Assembly: GCA_034428955.1 (NCBI GenBank)
Contig: DAOUGZ010000316.1
Location: forward strand, 285 to 64,284
DNA from: Anaerolineae bacterium
GTDB taxonomy: Bacteria; Chloroflexota; Anaerolineae; SpSt-313
Length of the DNA stretch: 64,000 bases
Direction of reading: 5' to 3'
The notes below the pieces were generated by a model that saw only the letters and a list, made by a program, of their open reading frames with translations, made no database searches and was not told the origin of the DNA. Below, in pieces: positions 20,755-30,210 of the stretch. Positions within the stretch are counted from its first letter, which is position 1; the number at the start of each line of letters is the position of its first letter. A program made the translations under genes and the position numbers.

Positions 20755-21858
20755 TCAGGCCTTACGGCGATAAGCCGGCGTGTAGAAGGGCGTCTTGACA
20801 ACCACCGCGCGACGGGCCTGGCCGCGAATCAGCACCTGCAGCTCTGTACCGATTGCCGAGTATTCCTTGGGCACATAGGCCAGGGCGATGTACTGGCCGA
20901 CGGTGGGGCCGAACATGCCGGTGGTGATTTCGCCGATGACCTGCCCCTCGGAGGCGACCGCATAGCCGTGCCGCGGCACCCCCCGATCGACCATGGACAG
21001 GCCCACCAGCACACTGCGCGGCCCCTCGAGCTTGATCTTGAGCAGCGCATTACGGCCGATGAAATCGCCCTTGTTAAAGGCCACGGCCCACCCCAGGCGC
21101 GCCTGCAGTGGGTTGATCGTCGCCGAGATCTCTTGCCCGTAGAGGGGCATCTTGGCCTCGAAACGCAGGCTATCGCGCGCCGCCAGGCCAATCGGCTGCA
21201 AGCCGAGGGGGGCACCGGCCTCCAAGAGGCGGTCCCAGAGCATGCCCGCCTTCTCGCGGGGGAAGAACAGCTCAAAGCCGTCCTCGCCGGTGTAACCGGT
21301 GCGGCCGATGAGCATCGGCACGCCGGCGACCTGGCTATCCACAGCGTGGTGGAAGGGCACCTGATCGAGCCGGACGGGGGTCAACGGCTGCAGAATGTCC
21401 TCGGCCTTGGGGCCCTGGAGGGCCAACATATACGTCTCATCGGAGACGTTCTCGACCGTGGCCTGATAGCCGGAGAGGTGGTGCTGGAACCAGAGGACGT
21501 CCTTCTCGAGGTTGGCGGCGTTGACGGCGATAAAGTAGCGGTCCGCCAGGCGGTAGATAAAGATATCGTCGACAATCCCGCCGTCCTCGTAGCACACCGG
21601 GGAGTAGCGGGCCTCGCCCATGGCCATGCGCGAGACGTCCGTCGTCGCAATCCGCTGCAGATAGGCCAGGGCATCGCGCCCCTTGACGACCAATTGCCCC
21701 ATGTGGTCAATATCAAAGAGCCCAGCAGCTCGGCGGACCGTGTGGTGCTCCTCGAGCGGGCCGGTGGGATATTGGACGGGGAGCACCCAGCCGGCAAAGT
21801 CGACCATCCGGCCACCCAGCTCCACATGACGAGAGTACAGCTCGGTCTTTTTGCTCAT
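20755..21858 (-). CDS. gcvT: Aminomethyltransferase (glycine cleavage T protein)
   Basis: GcvT similarity (RRAAGLFDIDHMGQLVVKG...); AGGAGGAAGG RBS. Confidence 0.95.
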   Translation of the reverse strand: MSKKTELYSRHVELGGRMVDFAGWVLPVQYPTGPLEEHHTVRRAAGLFDIDHMGQLVVKGRDALAYLQRIATTDVSRMAMGEARYSPVCYEDGGIVDDIFIYRLADRYFIAVNAANLEKDVLWFQHHLSGYQATVENVSDETYMLALQGPKAEDILQPLTPVRLDQVPFHHAVDSQVAGVPMLIGRTGYTGEDGFELFFPREKAGMLWDRLLEAGAPLGLQPIGLAARDSLRFEAKMPLYGQEISATINPLQARLGWAVAFNKGDFIGRNALLKIKLEGPRSVLVGLSMVDRGVPRHGYAVASEGQVIGEITTGMFGPTVGQYIALAYVPKEYSAIGTELQVLIRGQARRAVVVKTPFYTPAYRRKA

Positions 21859-22064
21859 ACCTTCCTCCTAAGGTGCAGCACCGCTGCTGCAGGCCCCACG
21901 GGCAAGCGCCGGCTCGATCTATGGTAGTGTACCACAATGTCATCGAGAAGCGCGACTCGTCAGATCTGACACACCGGTTTCGAGAGAGGGAGTCCCGCCC
22001 AATCACCTTCTTGCCAGGAAAGCCGGTACGTCGGCGGACTCGGCGTCACAGACCTGACGCAGGT
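21859..22064 (-). promoter_or_regulatory. 206-nt gcvT 5' leader; candidate glycine-responsive element (canonical glycine riboswitch motifs not clearly matched)
   Basis: Long non-coding leader between two minus-strand genes. Only a partial CUGGCAAGAAGGUGA resemblance to the CAGGCAAAAGGAC motif of glycine aptamers. Confidence 0.3.
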
Positions 22065-23162
22065 CTAACGGCCGCGCCCGCGGCCGGCAATGGGCCAGAC
22101 GTCCTCCACAATGCCGCCGCGCACGGCGTACAGCTCGTCGTGCAGATTGATCGTCGTGCAGCAATGGCTGGGGCGAATGGTGACCTTGTCTCCAGGGCGA
22201 AGGTGAACCGCGCCCGGATCGGCCAGGGTAATGCGTCCGTGCTCCTCCGATAGGCCCACCAGCTCGGCCCCGGGGATGCCCTCCACCGCCGGCAGGCCCA
22301 TATCGCTGCTCAGCTCTTTGCGCCCGGCGTCGACGATCAGCACATCCTCGCGCACGCGGCTGATAACGGTCGAGAGCAGAGAGAGCGAAGGGCGGAACTC
22401 GGGCCGCACCGGGCCATAGTGAGTGTCCATAAAGACGTAAGAGCCCGCCTGCACCTCGGTCACCCCGGGGTAGCTGCCGGTTACGTCGTAGGTGCCCGTG
22501 CCCCCACCGCTGACGACAGCCACGGGCAAGCCCGTGCTCTCGAGCAGCGACTTGGTCTCCAGCAGCGAAGCCAAGGCCGCCTCCACCTTGGTCCGGCGCT
22601 CGGCCGCGTCCAGGATGTTCACCAGATGGCCCTCGTAGCCCATCAGGCCGGCGAACTCGAGGCCGCGCCGGCGGGCCACCTCGCGGGCAAGCGCCAGAGC
22701 CGGCTCGCCAGGGGCCACGCCGCAGCGCCCCATACCGATATCCACCTCCACCAGCACGCGCAGGGCGGCGCCGCTACCGGAAGCCGCCTCGCCCAACTCG
22801 GCAACGTTAGCGGCGTCATCCACGGCCACGGTGAGGCGAGCACGCCGAGCCAACTCCATGAGCCGGGCAATCTTGAGCGGCCCCACAACCTCGTTGGCGA
22901 TCAGGATATCGTCGATACCGGCATCGACCAGCGCCTCCGCCTCGCCCACCTTGGCGCAGGTCACCCCGCGCGCGCCGGCGGCCAGTTGTCGGCGGGCAAT
23001 CTCGGGGCACTTGTGCGTTTTGGTATGCGGGCGCAGGTTGGCCGGACGGGCTGCAAAGAAATCGGCCATCAGCGCCAGGTTGTACTCCAGCGCGTCCAGG
23101 TCCACGAGCAGGGCCGGCGTGTCCAACCCGGCCACGCCGTTGGGGGCAGCTCTCTCTGGCAT
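22065..23162 (-). CDS. Alanine racemase-fold PLP enzyme of the DSD1 family (D-serine deaminase / D-threo-3-hydroxyaspartate dehydratase-like)
   Basis: N-terminal alanine-racemase domain (HTKTHKCPEIARRQL, ANEVVGP) and a C-terminal DSD1 domain; GGAGAGAGG RBS. Confidence 0.8.
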   Translation of the reverse strand: MPERAAPNGVAGLDTPALLVDLDALEYNLALMADFFAARPANLRPHTKTHKCPEIARRQLAAGARGVTCAKVGEAEALVDAGIDDILIANEVVGPLKIARLMELARRARLTVAVDDAANVAELGEAASGSGAALRVLVEVDIGMGRCGVAPGEPALALAREVARRRGLEFAGLMGYEGHLVNILDAAERRTKVEAALASLLETKSLLESTGLPVAVVSGGGTGTYDVTGSYPGVTEVQAGSYVFMDTHYGPVRPEFRPSLSLLSTVISRVREDVLIVDAGRKELSSDMGLPAVEGIPGAELVGLSEEHGRITLADPGAVHLRPGDKVTIRPSHCCTTINLHDELYAVRGGIVEDVWPIAGRGRGR

Positions 23163-23196
23163 GTGATCCTCTCTCCTACGGATAAGGCAGCCGAAT

Positions 23197-23967
23197 CTAG
23201 ACCGGCAACAGGCCGAACAGCTTGAGAATCGAGGCGACGATGACGACGATCAACAAGCGACGCACCCACACGTTAGCGTTCTTGTTCCGGGCGGCAAAGC
23301 GGGCGGCGAGCCAAGCGCCGATGCTCTGGCCGGCAGCCATCAGGGCGCCCACACTCCAGATCACCTGGCCGCGGCTGATAAAGACGGCCAGCGCCGTGAG
23401 GGTGAGCCCCAGCACGATGATCAGCTTGATGCCGTTGGCCTCAACGAGATTGTAGCCAACCCCCAGCACCATAGACGCCAGCAGAAAGACCCCCACACCG
23501 GCCTGGATAAACCCGCCATACACGCCCAGAGCAAAGAAGAGCAGCAAAACCGGGGCGCTCGGGCGGCCGGGTTTGACGATGGACTCTTTGCGCAGCCAGC
23601 GCTTGGGGTCGATGAGGATAACCACAAGCATCACCAGCATCACCACACCGATGACCTGGTTCATAGCTTTGGCATTCAGGTTGGCGGCCAGCCAGGCGCC
23701 GGGGATGGAGCCGAGCACCGCGGGCCCAACCAGCCACCACACGCCGCGCAGGCTCAGCCGGCCCTCACGGTGGAGCGTGCCGGCGCCCACAACGTTCTGC
23801 AGGACCACACCGACGCGATTGGTGGCGTTGGCGACATTGGCCGGCAGGCCCAGAAAGATCAGCATCGGCAATGTGATCAGCGAGCCGCTGCCGGCCAGTG
23901 TGTTGATGATGCCGGCGAGGATGCCGGCCAGAATAGCGAGCAGATAGACGTACCACGGTTGGCCCAC
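23197..23967 (-). CDS. TauE/SafE family sulfite/anion exporter (DUF81)
   Basis: Two TauE repeats with GxGGG-like motifs (INTLAGSGS, GGFIQAGVG). GTG start after AAGGGGAG. Confidence 0.85.
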   Translation of the reverse strand: MGQPWYVYLLAILAGILAGIINTLAGSGSLITLPMLIFLGLPANVANATNRVGVVLQNVVGAGTLHREGRLSLRGVWWLVGPAVLGSIPGAWLAANLNAKAMNQVIGVVMLVMLVVILIDPKRWLRKESIVKPGRPSAPVLLLFFALGVYGGFIQAGVGVFLLASMVLGVGYNLVEANGIKLIIVLGLTLTALAVFISRGQVIWSVGALMAAGQSIGAWLAARFAARNKNANVWVRRLLIVVIVASILKLFGLLPV

Positions 23968-24213
23968 AAGACACTCCCCTTACATCACAGCATCTACGCG
24001 GTCGGCGCCGCCGCAATCCTCCCAAAGGCTTCAAAACGCGCTCCGCAGGTTGGCGTGGGCGCCGGAACCTCCGGGAGGGTGGTATCGCGTGAGCGCTGGT
24101 TAGAGAGTATACGGCGAGAACCCGCAACCGCAAAACAGACAGGCGGGCTCCAATCCGGGGAGATGGTGGGCTTGGCCTTGCTGAGCACGCGCTCTCCAAC
24201 CCTGCGCGGGCCT

Positions 24214-25623
24214 TTAGGCGCGGAGCGTCCTCACGGCCTCGGCCAATGCACCGGGGCCGCCGACGTTGCCGGGAAAGACGATGTAGGTCAGCCCCGGATA
24301 GCGGCTCTCAGCCCCCAGCTCCCATACAGGCACGCCGGGTAGGATCTGCCCACGCACCAGGGCGCGCTTGACGCCCAGCCCACGGGTAGCCAGATCGCTG
24401 GAGGTGATGCCGCCCTTGGCCAGGAGGTAGCGTGGGCGGTTGCGCAGGGCGCGCACGACGGCTACGAGCCCCGCCGAGACCTGTTGGCCGATTTGCAGGC
24501 TCTGGTGGGCGCCTGCGCCACTGACGAGGCGGCGGCTGGTGTAGACCACGACATCCTGCCCACGCGCCAGGGCGGCATCGGCCTCGGCGGCCACGCGCCG
24601 CACCACGTCCTCCGGGCCGGCCAGGAGCTCTTCCACGCCCACCTCGATGCCGCGCAAGGCCGGGTCCGCCAGCAGGGGCTGCAACTGGGCCGTCGTCCGC
24701 GGGACGTAGGAGCCGACGACCGTCAGCCCGCCGGCGCCCTGGGGCAAGTCCAGATCGGCGGCGGTCAGCAGGGGGCGCGGGGCCAGCCCGGCGCGCACGC
24801 GCACAAAGGAGGCTGCAGTGCGATAGAGAAAGCGGCGCCCCTGCGCCTCAGCGGCCAAGAGCCCGGCAGTCAGGACCTCCAGGTCCCGATAGCTGGCGGT
24901 GTTGACCACGCAGACCGCCCCCGGCTGCAGGGCCATCAATCGTTCGGCTACGTGCTGGGGGCCACCCAGGCGCAGGTCCTTGATGGAGAGAGAGGCCACA
25001 TCCTCAGCGGGCACACGGCCGGCCGTCTTTTCGGCCACCCACTGGCGCAGGTCCGAGGCGCGGTAGCCAAAAGCCTTATCGCGGGCGAATTCCGTCTCGC
25101 CGGCCGGCACCAAGCGCTCGCCGTCGGCCACATAGTGCACATCGCCCAGGGTATAGCGGCCGCCCTCCAGGAAGAAGGGTATCAGCAGCCAGGCGGCAAA
25201 GGGCTCGCCGAGGGCCTCGGCCAGCGCCTCCACCTCGCCGGGGAAATGGCCGCGCAGAGTGGAGTCGCTGCGGCTGACGACGGCACAGCGGCGCCCGGCC
25301 TGGCGCGCCGCCTCGGCCAGGTTGCGGCCGATCTCGGCGTTCAGCGCCTGCGCCTCTGCAAGCGGCAGGCTGCGCGAGTTGGTCAGGAGGTAGAAGGCGG
25401 GCAGATCGTTGGCCAGTTCCTCGCGCAGAGCGGCCACCGGCCACTCGGTCAGCACGGGCACGCCGTGCACCGTCTGCGTGCCCGTGGGGTCATCGTCGAG
25501 CACGACAACCTTGTCGCCCAGCGCCGCGCGGATGCCCGGCAGCAGGTCCTCCGGCCAGGCGGGCGGCAGCCCGGCAAAGAGTTCGCTCTGAGGAACGCCT
25601 TTGAGACTAGAGTTGGTATCCAT
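24214..25623 (-). CDS. Four-carbon acid sugar kinase family protein (OtnK / DUF1537-DUF2088 type)
   Basis: N-terminal VVVLDDDPTGTQTV... motif and a C-terminal nucleotide-binding domain; about 470 aa. Confidence 0.8.
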   Translation of the reverse strand: MDTNSSLKGVPQSELFAGLPPAWPEDLLPGIRAALGDKVVVLDDDPTGTQTVHGVPVLTEWPVAALREELANDLPAFYLLTNSRSLPLAEAQALNAEIGRNLAEAARQAGRRCAVVSRSDSTLRGHFPGEVEALAEALGEPFAAWLLIPFFLEGGRYTLGDVHYVADGERLVPAGETEFARDKAFGYRASDLRQWVAEKTAGRVPAEDVASLSIKDLRLGGPQHVAERLMALQPGAVCVVNTASYRDLEVLTAGLLAAEAQGRRFLYRTAASFVRVRAGLAPRPLLTAADLDLPQGAGGLTVVGSYVPRTTAQLQPLLADPALRGIEVGVEELLAGPEDVVRRVAAEADAALARGQDVVVYTSRRLVSGAGAHQSLQIGQQVSAGLVAVVRALRNRPRYLLAKGGITSSDLATRGLGVKRALVRGQILPGVPVWELGAESRYPGLTYIVFPGNVGGPGALAEAVRTLRA

Positions 25624-25700
25624 AAACCTCTCACCCTTATGCCTGTCACAGCCGGTCGTCGTGGGGCCCCTCGAACGGCCCGGCCCCAGTGGCGGTTATG

Positions 25701-26507
25701 TCAGGATGAACGAGCACAGCCGGCCGTGCCGGAGAAACCCAGGCGCTCCGAGAGCTGCGCGGCGGCCCAGCGCACGATGCCACCCAGCTCGGCAAAGCGC
25801 TCGGGCGTGATGCGGCCCGACGGCCCCGAGATGCTGATGGCGGCGACGAGCTGGTCGTCGGCGTTCCACACTGGGCTGGCGATACAGCGCACCCCCAGCT
25901 CGCGCTCCTCGTCGTCGATGGCATAACCCCGTTGGCGGATCTCGGCCAGCTCGCTCCGCATGCGCAGTGGGTTGGTGATCGTATTCACGGTGTAAGCCGG
26001 CATCCCTTCCTCGATGACCCGCTCCAGCTCCTCCTCGGGCCAATAGGCGATCATGGCCTTGCCCACGGCAGTGCAGTGCAGCGGCGCCCAGGCGCCAAGC
26101 TGGGTAAACATGCCGAACGCACGCTGGGCGGGCGCCTGCGCCTGGGCAATGTAGATGACGCGATTGCCACTTGGGATGACCAGGTTGGCCACCTCACCAG
26201 TGCGATGTGCCAGCGCCTCCAATGTACCCATGGCCTCGTCGCGCAGGTCGTACTGCGCCTTGGCAGCCTCGCCGACGTGCAACAGGTGCAGGCCAAGGCG
26301 ATACACCTTGCTCTGACGGTCCTGTCGCACGTACCCCCGCCGAATCATCGTGGCCAGGATGCGGTGAACAGTCGACGTGTGCAGGCCAACACGCTCACAA
26401 AGCTCGGTCAAGGCCAGACCGTTCTTTTCCTCAGCCAGTGTATCGAGAAGGAGCAATGCGCGCTCCACTGATTGAATTGACCCCCGCTCCACCTTACTTG
26501 ATGACAT
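25701..26507 (-). CDS. IclR family transcriptional regulator
   Basis: N-terminal wHTH (SVERALLLLDTLAE...LTELCERVGLHTSTVHRIL) plus an IclR effector domain. The start is trimmed to M28 of the tracked ORF. Confidence 0.85.
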   Translation of the reverse strand: MSSSKVERGSIQSVERALLLLDTLAEEKNGLALTELCERVGLHTSTVHRILATMIRRGYVRQDRQSKVYRLGLHLLHVGEAAKAQYDLRDEAMGTLEALAHRTGEVANLVIPSGNRVIYIAQAQAPAQRAFGMFTQLGAWAPLHCTAVGKAMIAYWPEEELERVIEEGMPAYTVNTITNPLRMRSELAEIRQRGYAIDDEERELGVRCIASPVWNADDQLVAAISISGPSGRITPERFAELGGIVRWAAAQLSERLGFSGTAGCARSS

Positions 26508-26602
26508 GCGTTTGCCCTCTCTGCTGCGTCTATGAACATCCAGCACATCTATCACAGCTATTATACTTCTAGAAATCATTTTCCGCAATGTGGCAATATA
26601 CC

Positions 26603-26631
26603 TTGACTCTATGCTTTCTCCATGCTATAAT
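26603..26631 (+). promoter_or_regulatory. Sigma70 promoter: TTGACT, 17-nt spacer, TATAAT
   Basis: TTGACT at 26603-26608 and TATAAT at 26626-26631, upstream of the sugar-ABC operon and divergent from iclR. Confidence 0.6.
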
Positions 26632-26659
26632 GGCATTGTTTCTTTTCACAATGCTGAAA

Positions 26660-26682
26660 GAACTTGCGCCAAGCGCAAGTTC
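26660..26682 (+). promoter_or_regulatory. Perfect 10-bp inverted repeat GAACTTGCGC-caa-GCGCAAGTTC downstream of the promoter; candidate operator (IclR) or 5'-UTR hairpin
   Basis: Seen directly in the sequence, about 30 nt downstream of the -10 element. Confidence 0.45.
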
Positions 26683-26747
26683 GCAGCTGCTCGATGGCCT
26701 GCCCGCTCAGCAATGCGCAAAGAGAGCAACGGAAAGGAGTCACCCAG

Positions 26748-28163
26748 ATGAAGACCCAGATCTCCCGTCGTGCATTCTTGAGGCACACGAGTCTGACCAC
26801 CGTTGGCATCGTGGCAGCCGCTTGCGCCCCCAAAACCTCTTCTCCCGGCGTAGCGCCCACAACGCCAGCCGAGGCACCGTCCGAGGCGTCCGGCGAAGTA
26901 TACAAGGTATACTTCTACGCATGGACCAATCCGGACAACATGGTCCCGCTACTCGAGGCCTTCAATGAGGAGTACAAGGGCAAATACGAGATGGTCTATC
27001 AAAAGCTGGCGGACGCCAAGACCATGACCATCAACACCGCTCTTGCCTCCGGCGAACGCATCGACGTCATGACCCAGGCCAGCGCCTTCGACCTGCGCCA
27101 GCGGGCGAACGCCGGTACTTACCTCGGCCTCACGCAGTTCTTTGATAAGGAAGGGCTCACCTACAAGGGGGTGTTCGGCGAAGCCATCGAGCAGACGCAG
27201 AACTTTGAAGGCGAATATTACGCACTCCCGTACTGCAACAACATCAACATGGTGTGGTTCAACAAAAAGCTCTTCGATCAGGCCAATGTACCCTATCCTG
27301 ACCCCAACTGGACCTGGGACGACTTTCGCGAGACGGCGAAAAAGCTGACCTCCGGCGAGGGGGCGAACAAGGTCTACGGCGCCGCGTTCGGCTACGTAGG
27401 CGAGGATATGTACTGGAGTTCCATCGCGCAGCAAAAGCTGGGGAGCTTTTACTACTACGCCCCGGATTTCAAGTCCACCCGCTTCGATGCGCCCGAGATG
27501 AAGGAGAGCCTCCAGTTCTTCTACGACATGGTCATGGTCGACAAGAGCATCATGCCCCTGGAAGAATACAACGCCCTGCAACTGGATGCGGACGTCAACG
27601 GCATGAACGGCCTGTATTCCGACCGTTACGCCATGTGGATCGCGCCCGTTTACGGCAACCTCTACCTCAACAAGAGCTACGGTGACGTTCCCGAGGGCAC
27701 GGATATCGGCATGACCAACTTCCCGCGTCCGGTCGGCGCAAGCGAATCCATTACCCTCTGCTACACCTCCACCGCCAGCATCCCCTCCAACGTGGAGAAA
27801 CCCGAGGCTTCCTGGATCGTCCTCAGGTACATCTGCATCGACCACGCCGAGCTGTTTGCCGGCCCCAAGGCCATGCATCCCGGCTATGCCTTCCCGGACG
27901 AAGCGTCCGCGAAAGCCTTTAACGAGATCATCTTCGCCAACGGCAACCGTCCCGGACTCGATTTTGACATGTGCATGGAGGTCATGCTCCTGCCCCGCAA
28001 GCTGGTCAGCAGGGATAACCCCATCATCCAGGGACAAGGCAAGATAAACGATTTGATCCTCGCCAACATGTCGCTGGTATTCAACGGCGAAATGAGCGTG
28101 GACGACGCACTGGCCGACCTGAAAACCAAGGGCGACGAATTCATCGCCGCGGATCTGAAATAA
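26748..28163 (+). CDS. ABC transporter extracellular solute-binding protein (family 1, sugar), lipoprotein-type signal
   Basis: Twin-arginine-like leader MKTQISRRAFLRHTSLTTVGIVAAAC and an SBP_bac_1 fold. ATG 26748 after GGAAAGGAG. The tracked ORF includes 28 spurious upstream codons. Confidence 0.9.
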   Translation: MKTQISRRAFLRHTSLTTVGIVAAACAPKTSSPGVAPTTPAEAPSEASGEVYKVYFYAWTNPDNMVPLLEAFNEEYKGKYEMVYQKLADAKTMTINTALASGERIDVMTQASAFDLRQRANAGTYLGLTQFFDKEGLTYKGVFGEAIEQTQNFEGEYYALPYCNNINMVWFNKKLFDQANVPYPDPNWTWDDFRETAKKLTSGEGANKVYGAAFGYVGEDMYWSSIAQQKLGSFYYYAPDFKSTRFDAPEMKESLQFFYDMVMVDKSIMPLEEYNALQLDADVNGMNGLYSDRYAMWIAPVYGNLYLNKSYGDVPEGTDIGMTNFPRPVGASESITLCYTSTASIPSNVEKPEASWIVLRYICIDHAELFAGPKAMHPGYAFPDEASAKAFNEIIFANGNRPGLDFDMCMEVMLLPRKLVSRDNPIIQGQGKINDLILANMSLVFNGEMSVDDALADLKTKGDEFIAADLK

Positions 28164-28188
28164 CGGTTCCGCTCCCCGTCTGAAACGG

Positions 28189-28236
28189 CTGTATGAGCGT
28201 GTCATGGCGGTTCACCGCCATGACACGCTCATACAG
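28189..28236 (+). terminator. Perfect 22-bp hairpin (CTGTATGAGCGTGTCATGGCGG ttc ...) between the SBP and permease genes; intra-operon attenuator/terminator-like, no T-run
   Basis: Seen directly in the sequence; typical position for an SBP-versus-permease expression differential. Confidence 0.5.
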
Positions 28237-28344
28237 CGCTGTGCACATATTGGCCATGCAAGGACTGTTGGCCGCATGCAGCACGGCCGTTTACATGGAG
28301 ACAATGATCCGCATATACAATACACGGGAAGGGATGTGACCGTT

Positions 28345-29259
28345 ATGGCCATCGCCGCCGTCAAGGTGAAGAAAAAGTCCTCCACCTTTGAACGCAACGA
28401 AAACTTGGCGGGCTTTGCATTTCTGTCATTGAACCTGATCGGGTATGTCCTGTTCAAGCTGATTCCCATCGTTCTGGCCCTGGGCCTGAGCTTTTCCGAA
28501 TGGAACTTTATTTCCGGCGTGGGAGGCATCCGCTTCGTCGGGCTGGAAAACTACGCAAAGCTGCTTTCCGACGAGGTGTTTGTGGCGTCGGTGATCAACA
28601 CCATCATCTATGCCGTCGCCCTAGTGCCCGTCTCCATTTTCCTGGCGCTGGTTTTTGCCGTCATTCTCAACGAATACGTCTTCGGGAAGGGGCTTTTGCG
28701 GCTGGCGTTCTACCTGCCTTACGTCTCCTCCATGGTGGCGGTGTCCATCGTGTGGATGGTGCTGTTTTTGCCCTCCTACGGCCCCATCAACACCTTCCTG
28801 ACGAGCATCGGCATCGCGAATCCGCCCCGCTGGCTCAACAGCAGCAGCACCTCACTACTGTCCATCATCATCATCGGCGTCTGGCAGACGCTGGGCTACA
28901 ACATCATCATCGTGCTGGCGGGCCTGCAGGGGATTCCCCGTTCCCTGTATGAAGCGGCCGATATCGACGGCGCCAACGTCGTGCAAAAGTTTTTCTACAT
29001 CACGATCCCCTCCCTATCCAGCACCATGTTCTTCCTCGTGATGATCAGTTTCATCCGCTCCTTCCAGGTGTTCACGCCAGTGCAGGTCATGACCCAGGGC
29101 GGACCGGGCAATTCCTCGTCGGTGCTGGTGTATTACATTTACAAAACCGCATTCCATTTCAGCGATATCGGCTACGCAAGCGCCATGTCGTGGGTGCTGT
29201 TCATCATGGTGTTCGTGTTCACGAGCATCCGCAGCTTTGTCAACAGCCGGGCGAGATAA
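28345..29259 (+). CDS. ABC sugar transporter permease (MalF/UgpA-like)
   Basis: Six TM helices and an EAA-like loop (YEAADIDGANVVQKFFYITIP). Trimmed to M48 of the tracked ORF. Confidence 0.85.
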   Translation: MAIAAVKVKKKSSTFERNENLAGFAFLSLNLIGYVLFKLIPIVLALGLSFSEWNFISGVGGIRFVGLENYAKLLSDEVFVASVINTIIYAVALVPVSIFLALVFAVILNEYVFGKGLLRLAFYLPYVSSMVAVSIVWMVLFLPSYGPINTFLTSIGIANPPRWLNSSSTSLLSIIIIGVWQTLGYNIIIVLAGLQGIPRSLYEAADIDGANVVQKFFYITIPSLSSTMFFLVMISFIRSFQVFTPVQVMTQGGPGNSSSVLVYYIYKTAFHFSDIGYASAMSWVLFIMVFVFTSIRSFVNSRAR

Positions 29260-29275
29260 AAGGAAGCGTGAGTAG

Positions 29276-30112
29276 ATGGGCTACGCAAAACGCAAGCTTG
29301 TTATAAAAATCGTCCTCACTATTCTCATGGCGGTGCTCTCCATCACCATGCTACTGCCGTTCGCCTGGATGCTTTCCGCCTCTTTCAAGCCGGATAACCA
29401 GGTGTTCAACGTCCCCATCGAGTGGATTCCCCGCAAGCCAATCCTCGGCAACTATGTGAAGGTGTGGGCCTCGTCGGTGCCGTTTTCCACCTTCTTCCTC
29501 AACTCCGTCAAGGTCACAGTCTGGAGCGTGATCGGGGAGGTGAGCACCAGCGCCTTGGCGGCCTACGCCTTTTCCAAGATCAAATTCCGGGGGCGGGAGG
29601 TGATCTTCTGGCTCTATGTCGCCACCCTCATTTTCCCAAGCCAGATGATGCTGATCCCACGATTCGTGCTCTTCCGGCTCACCGGGCTTTACAACACCCA
29701 CTGGGCGCTGATCCTGCCGGGCATGTTCACCGCGTTCGGCACCTTCATGCTGCGGCAGTTCTTCTCCACCATCCCGCAGGAACTCAGCGAATCGGCCAAG
29801 ATCGACGGCGCGGGCCATTTCACCATTTTCCGTAAAATCATCGTGCCGCTGTCGACACCCGCCTTCAGCGCGCTGATCATCTTCATGTTCGTATCCTCCT
29901 GGAACGAATACGAAGCGCCGCTGGTATATCTCCGCTCCAAGGAGCTGGCTACCATCCCGCTGGGCCTCCACTTCTTCCGGGATGAAAACTCCACCAGCTA
30001 CGGCGCGATCATGGCGGCCTCGGTCTGTTCGCTGATCCCCATTTTCGTGGTCTTCCTCACGTTCCAGAAGCAGTTTGTCGCGGGTATCGCGACCTCAGGC
30101 CTGAAGGAATGA
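29276..30112 (+). CDS. ABC sugar transporter permease (MalG/UgpE-like)
   Basis: EAA motif SESAKIDGAGHFTIFRKIIVP. Confidence 0.9.
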   Translation: MGYAKRKLVIKIVLTILMAVLSITMLLPFAWMLSASFKPDNQVFNVPIEWIPRKPILGNYVKVWASSVPFSTFFLNSVKVTVWSVIGEVSTSALAAYAFSKIKFRGREVIFWLYVATLIFPSQMMLIPRFVLFRLTGLYNTHWALILPGMFTAFGTFMLRQFFSTIPQELSESAKIDGAGHFTIFRKIIVPLSTPAFSALIIFMFVSSWNEYEAPLVYLRSKELATIPLGLHFFRDENSTSYGAIMAASVCSLIPIFVVFLTFQKQFVAGIATSGLKE

Positions 30113-30210
30113 CCTGCGTCCTGCATATTGGCGGGCCGAGGCACGTATTTATCGCATGAAGCTTGTCCTTTTGACACTGACATAATGTCTCATCAAAGGA
30201 GAGGAAGCGT

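Noticed and set aside
18985-21927. 980-aa ORF antisense across gcvPA-gcvH-gcvT
   Set aside because: It spans three well-supported genes on the other strand and their intergenic spacers; GC artefact.
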